From IMG/VR virus record IMGVR_UViG_3300032250_000778, positions 1 through 43,029 of that record: a stretch of DNA of 43,029 bases. One strand, written 5' to 3'. This DNA is from a virus. Taxonomy: Duplodnaviria > Caudoviricetes. Made by a program: the position numbers and the translations under genes. The notes under the pieces are model-generated. The model was given only the letters and a program-made list of their open reading frames with translations. It was not told the origin of the DNA and searched no databases. Each line of letters begins with the position of its first letter. Positions within the stretch are counted from its first letter, which is position 1. This document shows positions 27,506 to 36,727 of the stretch, piece after piece.

Positions 27506-28372
27506 GTGACTAATGTGAATTACTACGAAGTACTAGGCGTATCAAAAACAGCCAACCCTAACGATATTAAATCGGCTTATAGAAAACTAGCCAGTCAACA
27601 CCATCCAGATAAAGGTGGCGATACTGCTACATTTCAAAATATACAGGCTGCCTATGAAATATTAGGCGATGCTAATAAACGAGCAAACTACGACGCCGAG
27701 CTAAACAATCCTTTTCAAGGCAGAAGAAACCCTAGCGGAGATTTTGGAGGATTTAATGACATAAACGAAGTATTTAATGGTATATTCGGCAACGGTGGTG
27801 CTAGATTTAACTTTGGCCCGAGACCTAATGTTCGTAGAAATCCTGATTTAAACATCAGATGTAGAATAAGTTTATTAGATAGCTATGTAGGTAAGGAGAT
27901 GGAAGCTAGCTATACCCTTCCATCTGGACGAAGAGAAAATGTAGTAATCAATATTCCCCCTGGTATAGATAATGGTTCCACTATTCAATATAGAGGCATG
28001 GGGGACGATTCAAATGATGCATGGCCACGAGGCAATTTAAATTGCACCGTGACTGTGGATAATGACCCAAATTTTGGTCGTAGAGGTGATGATTTAACCA
28101 CTATGATAGAAATAGATCCTATTGAAGCTATGATCGGCTGTACTAAAGAAATAGAAAGTATAACCGGTAAAACAATGAAAATTCAGGTAAGACCTGGAAT
28201 AACTCATGGCGGCGAGTATGCTGCACAAGGTCTCGGTTTTCCAAATTTACAGACAAACACTCGAGGACACTTTATAATAGTAATATTAATAGCTGTTCCA
28301 GAAATTAAAGACCAAAAAATAAAAAAGAAGTTAGAGGACATAAGAAATGAAATTAGTAAAATTCCCCAATGA
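27506..28372 (+). CDS. dnaJ: DnaJ-class co-chaperone (type II/CbpA-like, no zinc finger)
   Basis: J-domain YYEVLGV...IKSAYRKLA..HHPDKGG, a G/F region and the C-terminal domain (IPPGI, F.R.GDDL, GLGFP). The start could also be GTG27515. Confidence 0.92.
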   Translation: MTNVNYYEVLGVSKTANPNDIKSAYRKLASQHHPDKGGDTATFQNIQAAYEILGDANKRANYDAELNNPFQGRRNPSGDFGGFNDINEVFNGIFGNGGARFNFGPRPNVRRNPDLNIRCRISLLDSYVGKEMEASYTLPSGRRENVVINIPPGIDNGSTIQYRGMGDDSNDAWPRGNLNCTVTVDNDPNFGRRGDDLTTMIEIDPIEAMIGCTKEIESITGKTMKIQVRPGITHGGEYAAQGLGFPNLQTNTRGHFIIVILIAVPEIKDQKIKKKLEDIRNEISKIPQ

Positions 28373-28871
28373 TATTTTAAAAAAAACTATGCCAGAGTTT
28401 GACTTCGAGGGCGAACTTGATCCTAGAGTTATAGAAAAAGAAATGATCGAGCTCATGGTAAAAGAAAGGGGCATAGGCTTGGCAGCTAACCAAGTTGGTA
28501 TAGAAGCCAGAGTCATTGCCATTTTCCCTAGGGATACTAGTTTAGAAATGGGCCCATTTGCCTTGTTCAACCCTGAAATTATGGAAATAAGCGAGGAAGA
28601 AATTGAAGGTATAGAAGGCTGTTTAAGTTTTCCCGATCTAGTATTGCCGATTAAACGTCCAAGGATGGTGGTTGTACAATATCTTGACAGCGAACAAAAT
28701 ATCTGTATAATAGAACTGAAGGACACTGATGCTAGATGCCTTTTACATGAAATGGAACATCTAGACGGAGTATGCTTTATTGACAAAATAAGCAAACTCA
28801 AGGTAGAAATGGCCCGTAAAAAATTAGCTAAACTAAGGAAACAATATGGTAGAGCCCAGCGACAATCTTAA
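28347..28871 (+). CDS. def: Peptide deformylase
   Basis: GIGLAANQVG, EGCLSFP and HEMEHLDG. Confidence 0.95.
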   Translation: MKLVKFPNDILKKTMPEFDFEGELDPRVIEKEMIELMVKERGIGLAANQVGIEARVIAIFPRDTSLEMGPFALFNPEIMEISEEEIEGIEGCLSFPDLVLPIKRPRMVVVQYLDSEQNICIIELKDTDARCLLHEMEHLDGVCFIDKISKLKVEMARKKLAKLRKQYGRAQRQS

Positions 28872-31122
28872 AGCAGTATTTGAACACAGTATCGAACTAG
28901 CCAAAACTCTTAAACATGAGTATTTGACCATTGAGCATTTGCTATTTTCCATGCTCAGTGAAGACAATTTTGTTAACTGTGTACAGGGATACGGCGGGGA
29001 TGTTGAATACATTAAAAAGAATTTAGAACATTATCTTAAGAATAAACTTAACGATATCGTCAAGGAGGATGTGACCAAACCTAAAAAAACACAAGCTGTA
29101 GAACGTGTATTGAATCGTGCATTCACACAGGCCTTATTCAATGGCCGCCAAACTATGGAACTAAGCGATGTGTTCCTTAGTATTATGAGTGAAAAACGTA
29201 GCTATGCTAGCTACTACATTCAACAAGCAAATATTGATAAAGGTAAATTTGCTGACTATTTGAATAACGAATTACAAGGCGAGGAAGAAACCGATGTTAA
29301 CGATGTTCAAGTAGAACGTGCTATTAAAAACTATACAACCAATCTAAACGAATTGGCCAAGCGTAATAAAATCGATCCTGTTATTGGACGAGTGACTGAA
29401 CTGGAAAATATTGCCTTGGCTATGGGTCGTAGGAATAAAAGCAATGTACTATTAGTCGGCGACCCAGGCGTTGGTAAAACTGCCATTGCTGAAGGATTAG
29501 CCTACAACATTATCAAAGGTGCTATTCCAGACTTCTTGAAAGACTATGTAGTCTATAATCTGGACATTAGTAGTATGCTCGCTGGTAGCAAATATCGTGG
29601 AGATTTTGAAGAACGATTTAAACTAGTGCTAAAAGGTCTTCAAAGTAAAGGCAAAACTATTCTATTCATCGACGAAGCCCATATGATTAATGGTGCTGGC
29701 TCAGCTGGCAATAGTGCTAACGACCTAGCTAATATGATGAAACCTGCATTAAGCAAAGGCAATATTAAAGTTGTAGCCAGTACTACTTGGGAGGAATATC
29801 GCAAATACTTTGAAAAAGATCGTGCTCTAATGCGTCGCTTCCAACGTATCACTGTTGATGAGCCTAACAATGAAACAACAATTCAAATCCTTAAAGGTTT
29901 GAAAAAATATTACGAGAGCCATCATAAAGTAAAAATTACTGAAGAAGCAATTCAGACCGCAGTAAAACTCAGTGTGAAATATCAAAGCGATAAAAAACTT
30001 CCTGATAAAGCTATTGATCTTATTGATTGCGCCTGCTCAAGATTCAATATCAAATTGGCCGACGAAAGAGTTATCGGTGAAAGAGAAATTCAATTTGAAC
30101 TGGCCCGTATGATTCAAATGCCCGAAGAGCAAATTGCCGAAACTGAAAGCAATAACCTTGCTAACTTAGATGAACAAATTGCTGCCGAAGTATATGGTCA
30201 GGAAACTGCTATCACTGAATTGGTAGATAAAATACTTGTTGCTCGTGCTGGACTTAAATCAGAAAATAAACCAATTGGTTCTTTCGTGTTCATGGGCCCA
30301 ACTGGATGTGGTAAAACTGAAACTGCTAAAGCATTAGCCAAACATCTTGGTGTTAAACTGCTACGTTTTGACATGAGCGAATATCAAGAAAAACATAGTA
30401 TTAGCAAACTGATCGGTAGCCCGCCTGGATATGTAGGCTTTGAAGAAAACGCCGGCTTACTAATCACACAGATCCAAGAAAACCCATACAGCGTACTATT
30501 GTTTGACGAAGTAGAAAAGAGTCACCCAGATGTGTCCACTGTATTACTTCAAATGATGGACAATGGATTTATCACTGGTAGCAATGGTAAGAAAGCAGAT
30601 TGTCGTAACATTGTGCTTATTCTTACTACCAATGCTGGCGCACAGGCAGCTGAAAAGAATCTTATTGGATTTGGTAGCCAAGAACAACCCTACGATGATA
30701 AAGACCTTAAGAAATTCTTTAGTCCAGAATTCCGTAATCGTCTTGATGCCACTATTACCTTTAAGAAGTTGGGTAAAGAAACTATGCGTAAGGTCGTGGT
30801 CAAATTCATTGATGAACTTAAATTCCAAGTTGCTGAAAAGGCTATCAAAATTAAAATCAATGAAGCTGCTATTAACTGGCTGATTGAAAAAGGCTTTGAT
30901 CCTAAGATGGGTGCAAGACCACTACAACGTGTTATTGATAAGGAAATTAAACGTCCATTGGCTAAGATGATGCTATTTGGTGATCTTAAGGATGGCGGCA
31001 CTTTACAGATTACTAACAGGGCAGACAATGATGGCTTGATCTTGGCTAAGAGAGTCAAAGCTGTCAAGCCCGTGGAAATCGAAAATGAAGTTGAATCCCA
31101 AGATACCTATCAAGAGAACTAA
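28846..31122 (+). CDS. clpA: ATP-dependent Clp protease ATPase subunit ClpA
   Basis: Clp N-domain (HEYLTIEHLL), two AAA+ modules (GDPGVGKT, GPTGCGKT), LIGSPPGYVG, the IGF ClpP-docking loop, GARPL and no ClpB middle domain. Confidence 0.93.
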   Translation: MVEPSDNLKAVFEHSIELAKTLKHEYLTIEHLLFSMLSEDNFVNCVQGYGGDVEYIKKNLEHYLKNKLNDIVKEDVTKPKKTQAVERVLNRAFTQALFNGRQTMELSDVFLSIMSEKRSYASYYIQQANIDKGKFADYLNNELQGEEETDVNDVQVERAIKNYTTNLNELAKRNKIDPVIGRVTELENIALAMGRRNKSNVLLVGDPGVGKTAIAEGLAYNIIKGAIPDFLKDYVVYNLDISSMLAGSKYRGDFEERFKLVLKGLQSKGKTILFIDEAHMINGAGSAGNSANDLANMMKPALSKGNIKVVASTTWEEYRKYFEKDRALMRRFQRITVDEPNNETTIQILKGLKKYYESHHKVKITEEAIQTAVKLSVKYQSDKKLPDKAIDLIDCACSRFNIKLADERVIGEREIQFELARMIQMPEEQIAETESNNLANLDEQIAAEVYGQETAITELVDKILVARAGLKSENKPIGSFVFMGPTGCGKTETAKALAKHLGVKLLRFDMSEYQEKHSISKLIGSPPGYVGFEENAGLLITQIQENPYSVLLFDEVEKSHPDVSTVLLQMMDNGFITGSNGKKADCRNIVLILTTNAGAQAAEKNLIGFGSQEQPYDDKDLKKFFSPEFRNRLDATITFKKLGKETMRKVVVKFIDELKFQVAEKAIKIKINEAAINWLIEKGFDPKMGARPLQRVIDKEIKRPLAKMMLFGDLKDGGTLQITNRADNDGLILAKRVKAVKPVEIENEVESQDTYQEN

Positions 31123-31723
31123 AAAGTTATTCTTAGACAGGTATAGCTATAAAGTTGTCATTGTCTCTGCATTCGCAAGTATGTTCAGAGGCAATGACAT
31201 CGAGCACATTACTAGGAGTTTAACTCGTTATAAAGCCACCAATGCCATGCCTTACTGGTTGAGGCATATGGTGCCTGCTGATTTGATCTTGGCCGAAAAT
31301 ATCTTGCAATTATTAAATTTAATATCAGATTATGCCATAAGGGTGGAATCACCCTTACTGAGCATTTATACTAATAGCTTAGATGATGTTAAAAAAGTCA
31401 CAGACGATCTTACTAACTACATCAAATATGTTAGTATGTCAGAAAATACTTTGGAAAAAGGTACTATCTATCTTAAGAAAATAGACTTTGACTATAAAGT
31501 CACATTGGGACATATTAGAACTCCACAAGACTCCCTAGTAAAATGGTGTGACAATAATAGTAAAATACGTATGCCTAAAACCTGTAAAGAACAATTAGAA
31601 TTAGGTTGGGGCTGTAAACAACGATACTTTTACGTCAAAGATGATCGTAGCCTCATGATGGTAAAAATGTTCTTAGGTTCTAATATACAGCGTATTGAAC
31701 GTGTGATAAAATTAGAAGACTAA
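31085..31723 (+). CDS. Hypothetical protein
   Basis: 212-aa ORF overlapping the clpA end. No family recognised. Confidence 0.75.
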   Translation: MKLNPKIPIKRTKKLFLDRYSYKVVIVSAFASMFRGNDIEHITRSLTRYKATNAMPYWLRHMVPADLILAENILQLLNLISDYAIRVESPLLSIYTNSLDDVKKVTDDLTNYIKYVSMSENTLEKGTIYLKKIDFDYKVTLGHIRTPQDSLVKWCDNNSKIRMPKTCKEQLELGWGCKQRYFYVKDDRSLMMVKMFLGSNIQRIERVIKLED

Positions 31724-31749
31724 ATGTCTTTCGTTAGATCGACTATATT

Positions 31750-31785
31750 GATAAATATCATGTAGTAACTCTGGCTATATGATAT
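31750..31785 (+). promoter_or_regulatory. Late promoter GATAAATA overlapping an 11-bp hairpin that reaches the start codon
   Basis: ATATCATGTAG (31755-31765) pairs with CTATATGATAT (31775-31785) with one G-U. ATG at 31784. Confidence 0.65.
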
Positions 31786-32170
31786 GAAAATTTTTGAACT
31801 GTTTAACAATACCAAAGAGCCCATTGACAAAGTCATGAAGGGCCATTCTGAAGAAATCATTGACAAAGACGAGAAAAAACTTGACTTTGATTTGGCCGAA
31901 GATCTTGTCTATTACATGCATCATAACGATGATTTTTATCGTAAAAATTTCTACCCTGTGCTAAAAATGTGTAAAGGTAGTTTTGATAGCGGTAAAAATT
32001 TCAGTCATAGAGTGTTTAAACCACTGATAAACAAAGCATATGAGTCGTATAAAAAAGAATTCCCTATTAGAGAATTAAAAGATGAATTAGAACCCAAGTT
32101 CATTGAACGAACTGCTAAACAAATTTACGAAACCGAACTAGGCCATATGAAAGATGGCAAATACGACTAA
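31784..32170 (+). CDS. Hypothetical protein, MKIFELF leader
   Basis: 128-aa ORF, the first gene after the late promoter. Confidence 0.8.
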   Translation: MKIFELFNNTKEPIDKVMKGHSEEIIDKDEKKLDFDLAEDLVYYMHHNDDFYRKNFYPVLKMCKGSFDSGKNFSHRVFKPLINKAYESYKKEFPIRELKDELEPKFIERTAKQIYETELGHMKDGKYD

Positions 32171-32176
32171 TACAAA

Positions 32177-34057
32177 ATGTTACTAAGAGAATTATTTTAT
32201 AGACCTAAAAAACCTTTATTAGAAGGTGGCAATATATGGCCTGATACAGAACCATTTGATCAAGTCATAGCACAAGATTTAGCCAATACTCTTGAAAAAT
32301 ATCTACATGATGCTGGTTTAGAAGTATATAGAATTGGCAGTGGAGCCACTCCAACAGCCGGCAAAATTAGTGGTGACCTAGATGTTATGGTCGATCTAAA
32401 TCAAGCTGCTGAAAACTTCCAAATGGAGCCAGACGGCAAACATGTACGAATTGCCTTAGAAAAATTTCTACAAAGCAAGGGACTTGAAACTAAAAAAAGC
32501 GGTGTTCAAGTACATGTAAAATTACCTTTTGATGATAAATTTCATCAAGTAGACATTAAAGTAGTACCAAAAGCAGGCAGAGTACATAGATTTCATGTAC
32601 ATGATATTCCTAAAGGTAGCCCATACAAAGGTGTCAACAAACAAATGATGATAACCAATTTGGCCATTCATAAAGGATTATTATGGAGTCCAGACGAAGG
32701 ATTATATAAACGCAATGAATTAGGCAAAAAGTCAGATTTCCTTAGTGACGACCTAGATGAAATTGCTCAATATCTACTTGGATCACAGGCTACAGCAAGA
32801 GATTTAGGCAGCGTAGAAAGTATTATGGCTGCTATTCCAGACGAAAGTCTACGCAATGATATATTTTCTAAGGCTCAAGCCAGTGGTAGTTGGCAAGCTG
32901 CCACACCCAATGTAGGATCTAATGTAACTCAATTACAAGAAGCAGGTCCTGCAATAGGACGCAAATATCAACACATCGAAGATCTAGTATTCACTAACGG
33001 CTCAAGTGGTGGATTACATGCCATTGAAAGATTACAATCAATGGTAGGCCAAGGTGGCAACATAGAGCTTAAATGGGATGGCAGTCCTGTAATATATTGG
33101 GGCAGGGATGAAAACGGTACATTTTATATGATTCCTAAAAATGCTTGGGAATATTTAAAGCGTGGCAAAACTAAATTAGACACTGGCGTTAGTACAGCTC
33201 CAAAAACCCCAGATGAAGTACAAAGATTTGTATTAGGCACAGGCAGGACAGATCCTAATAAAGAAAATGATCGCAAGCAATTTGCCCGTGAAATGAGCCA
33301 GCTATGGCCTTATCTTGAAAAGGCTAGTCCAGAACGAGGGTTTGTAGAAGGCGGATTGTTGTTTCATCCTGGTGCTAAACCTACTGTAAACAAGCAAACA
33401 GGCGAGTACGAATTCACACCAAACATTACCACATTCCATATTGGGCAAAGTACTGAACTAGGGCAACGCATAGGCAAGGCCAAAGTCATGGTGGCTGTAA
33501 CTGGTTACTATCCTGAATTAGGCAGCAGCGAAGAAACTAGAATCCCAGATGCAGAATCATTAAGTACACCTGAAGTTATTGTACAAGGCACCACATATGC
33601 TGAACCTTCAGAAGATTTTGAATTATCAGGACTAACTCGTGCTCAGGCCTATATCAGTCAGAATGCAAACTTAATCGACAATTTCCTTGCACCTAAGCCT
33701 GGGCTAAGTAAACCTGGTGATGTACTTTATAAATTTTATAATCAAAACTTACGCACTCCTGGCGTTAAACAAAAGTTCCATGATTGGGTAACTAGAAACG
33801 TCAGTGCTGGCCAAAGTCAAAAAATTCTAGCAGATCATGCTGGTCTAAATGCTGTACTTGACGCTGTGGAAATGTTAACCCACGCTAAACTGGAATTAAT
33901 AAATTCCTTAAGTGCAGGCACACACGGTGGTATTAGACAAACCAAACCAGAAGGATATGTACAGGCACATCCAGGCTCACAATTTACACATGATGTTCCT
34001 GGACAATTTGTCAAAGCTATTGATCAAGCTAATTGGTCTCCGGACAAAGAAAGATGA
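32177..34057 (+). CDS. Two-domain protein: Pol-beta-superfamily nucleotidyltransferase plus ATP-dependent ligase-like (DUF6267-like) domain
   Basis: N-half has IGSG...SGDLDVMV and HQVDI. C-half has HIEDL, ELKWDGSP (KxDG), FVEGG, PEGYV and FVKAID. Confidence 0.7.
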   Translation: MLLRELFYRPKKPLLEGGNIWPDTEPFDQVIAQDLANTLEKYLHDAGLEVYRIGSGATPTAGKISGDLDVMVDLNQAAENFQMEPDGKHVRIALEKFLQSKGLETKKSGVQVHVKLPFDDKFHQVDIKVVPKAGRVHRFHVHDIPKGSPYKGVNKQMMITNLAIHKGLLWSPDEGLYKRNELGKKSDFLSDDLDEIAQYLLGSQATARDLGSVESIMAAIPDESLRNDIFSKAQASGSWQAATPNVGSNVTQLQEAGPAIGRKYQHIEDLVFTNGSSGGLHAIERLQSMVGQGGNIELKWDGSPVIYWGRDENGTFYMIPKNAWEYLKRGKTKLDTGVSTAPKTPDEVQRFVLGTGRTDPNKENDRKQFAREMSQLWPYLEKASPERGFVEGGLLFHPGAKPTVNKQTGEYEFTPNITTFHIGQSTELGQRIGKAKVMVAVTGYYPELGSSEETRIPDAESLSTPEVIVQGTTYAEPSEDFELSGLTRAQAYISQNANLIDNFLAPKPGLSKPGDVLYKFYNQNLRTPGVKQKFHDWVTRNVSAGQSQKILADHAGLNAVLDAVEMLTHAKLELINSLSAGTHGGIRQTKPEGYVQAHPGSQFTHDVPGQFVKAIDQANWSPDKER

Positions 34058-34719
34058 GACTAAGACAACTATTTGAAAATATCGCACGTACCGGAGAGGG
34101 CAAAACAGCCATAGTAGGTTGGGGAAGAGGCATGGGCCATAAAGGTCATATGATGTTGGCCAGCAGTGTAATCACTCACGCTCGAGACCTTCAAGGCGAT
34201 CCTTACTTTGTAGTAAGTAGAAGCTATGGCCCAGATGATCCTTTACAACCTGAAGAAAAATTAGAAATCTATCGTAAAGTATTTCCTGAGCAGGGTCACA
34301 TATTTCAAACTGCCACAGACGAACTACCAGACCTAACAAGAGTTCTAGCTAATTTAAATCAACAAGGTTATACCAATGCCATAATTGTTGTAGGTGCTGA
34401 TCAAAAAGCAGCCTTTCAATATCTAAATCATTATAATGGAAAACCAGATAAGAAAGGCAATGTTGCTTTCAACTTTGACAACTTACAAGTCATTAGTCGA
34501 CAAGAAACCAGTGACCCAAGTCGCGAAGAAGAAGGGCCACGTGCCACACCCATGCGAGCTGTGCTAATGGATCCATCAAAGAGTCACGATGAGCAATTTG
34601 CAGTATGGCGTGATAGTATGAGTCCAGAAATCGGCGACGAAGAAGTTATGGCTCTAATGCACAAGGCCAAAGAGCGTATGACCCAAATGGCTGCTGAAAA
34701 AAAGCCTAAGAAAAAGTAA
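34054..34719 (+). CDS. HxGH (cytidyltransferase-like/HUP-fold) nucleotidyltransferase
   Basis: ATGA overlap, start MRLRQLFE, WGRGMGHKGH, DDPL...EK, IVVGADQ and RATPMR. Confidence 0.78.
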   Translation: MRLRQLFENIARTGEGKTAIVGWGRGMGHKGHMMLASSVITHARDLQGDPYFVVSRSYGPDDPLQPEEKLEIYRKVFPEQGHIFQTATDELPDLTRVLANLNQQGYTNAIIVVGADQKAAFQYLNHYNGKPDKKGNVAFNFDNLQVISRQETSDPSREEEGPRATPMRAVLMDPSKSHDEQFAVWRDSMSPEIGDEEVMALMHKAKERMTQMAAEKKPKKK

Positions 34720-34725
34720 AATTTC

Positions 34726-34956
34726 ATGAACTTAGACGACTTAAAAAAATTAGCAGGCATTAACGAATATAAAGGTTATGTTAAATACGATATAGACGAC
34801 CCTTATGGTGGTAGCAATATCAGCTTGACTGGGGACGAAAAAGGCCAACTAATGAAAAAACATAACATTATACCAGGTAGCAAGGAATGGTTCCAACTAT
34901 GGTTTAGTATGCCTTTCCTCACAGGTGAACCACCCGTTGGCAAGGGGATGAGATGA
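34726..34956 (+). CDS. Hypothetical protein
   Basis: 76 aa with LDDLKKLAGINE and IIPGSKEWFQLWFS. Confidence 0.75.
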   Translation: MNLDDLKKLAGINEYKGYVKYDIDDPYGGSNISLTGDEKGQLMKKHNIIPGSKEWFQLWFSMPFLTGEPPVGKGMR

Positions 34957-35327
34957 AGATCAGAGAATTATTAGAAGTTAGCCAAGGCAAAATCTCTAAA
35001 AGACAACAAGAACCTAGTAAAGGATTGAGCACTTACAGTGATGTAGAAATGGCCAATAGTGACTATGTGGCCTTTAAACTAGGTCAGGCCATGGCAGGTA
35101 CTGATGGCACTAACACACCAGATATGGATGGCAAAAGTTGGTTTGGCAAAAAGAAAACTATTCACCCATATACTGAAGTAGAAAATGAAATGTTTAAAAA
35201 AGCTGCCAAAGTGGTAGGTGCCAAATATACTGACCTTAACAAAGGTGATATGAAAAGTAAAGAATTACCTTCCACCCACACCGTCAGTCCTGTACATAAA
35301 CATAAAAAGAACAAATACGGTGTATAA
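34953..35327 (+). CDS. Hypothetical protein, MKIRELLE leader
   Basis: ATGA overlap, 124 aa. Confidence 0.8.
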   Translation: MKIRELLEVSQGKISKRQQEPSKGLSTYSDVEMANSDYVAFKLGQAMAGTDGTNTPDMDGKSWFGKKKTIHPYTEVENEMFKKAAKVVGAKYTDLNKGDMKSKELPSTHTVSPVHKHKKNKYGV

Positions 35328-35329
35328 CT

Positions 35330-35512
35330 ATGAAAATACGCGAACTAATTGAAACAGCCACAGCAGGTGGTACCAGTGCAGGTAATGTCGCAGTAGGCGC
35401 TGTTTATAAGAATAAAAAAGGCAATACTTTTAAAAACAAAGATGGCACAGTAAAAAATGCACTAGACGTCAAAGGAGCCAACCTTTTGACTGGCGGAAGC
35501 TTAAAACGATAA
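35330..35512 (+). CDS. Small basic protein, MKIRELIE leader
   Basis: 60 aa, with TATAGGTSAGNVA after the leader. Confidence 0.75.
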   Translation: MKIRELIETATAGGTSAGNVAVGAVYKNKKGNTFKNKDGTVKNALDVKGANLLTGGSLKR

Positions 35513-35515
35513 ATA
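35508..35515 (+). promoter_or_regulatory. Late promoter GATAAATA
   Basis: 20 nt upstream of ATG35536, with a GGAG SD in between. Confidence 0.6.
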
Positions 35516-35535
35516 ACTTGATTACGGAGTAACGA

Positions 35536-36552
35536 ATGGATATCAACATGCAATCACCTATGCCACAACCCGAACACGATGATGAAGGTAAAATGGCCAA
35601 AGCTGATCTATACAAAACAGCCAAGTATAGCCTAAAATTATTTAAAATGATGGAAGATAATGCTCAACTAGAAGGTTGGGTACAGGCCAAGATTACTAAG
35701 GCTGCTGACTATCTTGCCAGTGTATACCATTATTTAGAATACGAAATGAAGTTCACTGAATATGGTCGTACCATTGAAGACAGTGAAATGTACACAGAAA
35801 GCGAAAAGCGAATTCTAAAGAATAAATTGTTTGAAGCTAAGGAAAAAGTCAAGGCATTGAAAAAAGCTCAAGCTGAAAAGATCAAAGAAAAAGAAAAGAA
35901 AAAAGTAGATGAGAGCGAAGATGATCGTGGTGGCGACGATGACACTAAGAGCGATTTTAATAAAATAAGAACCAGCAGTGGTCATGTAAGACACAGTAGA
36001 AAATCCAGTAGAACCAAAGCAGACCATGAACTAAAAGGTGATGCTCCCGTGACCAGCCTACATCCAGATCATGATGAACGTGCTGCTAAATTCCTTGCTA
36101 AACAAGTTCGTGGCCGTAAAGTCAGTCCAATGGATCAACTAACCAAACGTAAAGGCATGACAGACGTTGACGAAGCCAAAGCATCCAAAAAAGCCAAGAA
36201 AGATTATGACGGTGATGGCGAAGTTGAATCAGGCAAAGACGAAGTAATTGGTAGTCGTCGTAAGGCTGCCGGATTGCCATTTAAAGAAGCTGCTGATAAA
36301 AAATGTAATCATACTGCCAAAGGCAAAAGTTGCCCAGTACATGGCATGAAAGAATGTAGTGGTATGTCTGAAAGCAAACCCAGTGCTGGTATGAGCAAAG
36401 GTGAGAAATCTGCTGTGGTCAAGAAGGCTAAGGCAGGTGGAGACATTGGTAAACCAGGCAAGAGTTTTGACAAAGTAGCTAAGGCTGCTGGTGGTGGTGA
36501 AAAAGGCACAAAGATTGCTGCCGCTGCCATGTGGAAAAACCAGGCCAAATAA
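35536..36552 (+). CDS. Highly charged modular protein (putative internal head protein)
   Basis: Helical N-domain (MAKADLY...LEGWVQAKITKAADYL.SVYHYLEYE), a DYDGDG motif, a C-H/Cys mini-module and Lys-rich segments. Confidence 0.75.
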   Translation: MDINMQSPMPQPEHDDEGKMAKADLYKTAKYSLKLFKMMEDNAQLEGWVQAKITKAADYLASVYHYLEYEMKFTEYGRTIEDSEMYTESEKRILKNKLFEAKEKVKALKKAQAEKIKEKEKKKVDESEDDRGGDDDTKSDFNKIRTSSGHVRHSRKSSRTKADHELKGDAPVTSLHPDHDERAAKFLAKQVRGRKVSPMDQLTKRKGMTDVDEAKASKKAKKDYDGDGEVESGKDEVIGSRRKAAGLPFKEAADKKCNHTAKGKSCPVHGMKECSGMSESKPSAGMSKGEKSAVVKKAKAGGDIGKPGKSFDKVAKAAGGGEKGTKIAAAAMWKNQAK

Positions 36553-36553
36553 C

Positions 36554-36727
36554 ATGTCATTACCCAGCTATGTAGATGACTATGATGCATACTTGGCACT
36601 GAAATTAAATCAACCTAAGTGCCAAACCTGTAATTGTCCTAGACATTGTGAACATAGTTGTAATGATTGTGATTATTGCCCAGATTGTCATTGTAAAGAA
36701 TGTGTAGAAGGTAAGGGAACGAACTAA
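36554..36727 (+). CDS. Small Cys-rich metallothionein-like protein (57 aa)
   Basis: ATG36554 follows the upstream stop. CQTCNCPRHCEHSCNDCDYCPDCHCKEC contains 10 Cys and 3 His in 28 aa. Confidence 0.7.
   Translation: MSLPSYVDDYDAYLALKLNQPKCQTCNCPRHCEHSCNDCDYCPDCHCKECVEGKGTN

Noticed and set aside
28331-31067. Long antisense ORFs opposite def and clpA
   Set aside because: They are mirror frames of strongly conserved genes, with no recognisable motifs or initiation signals.
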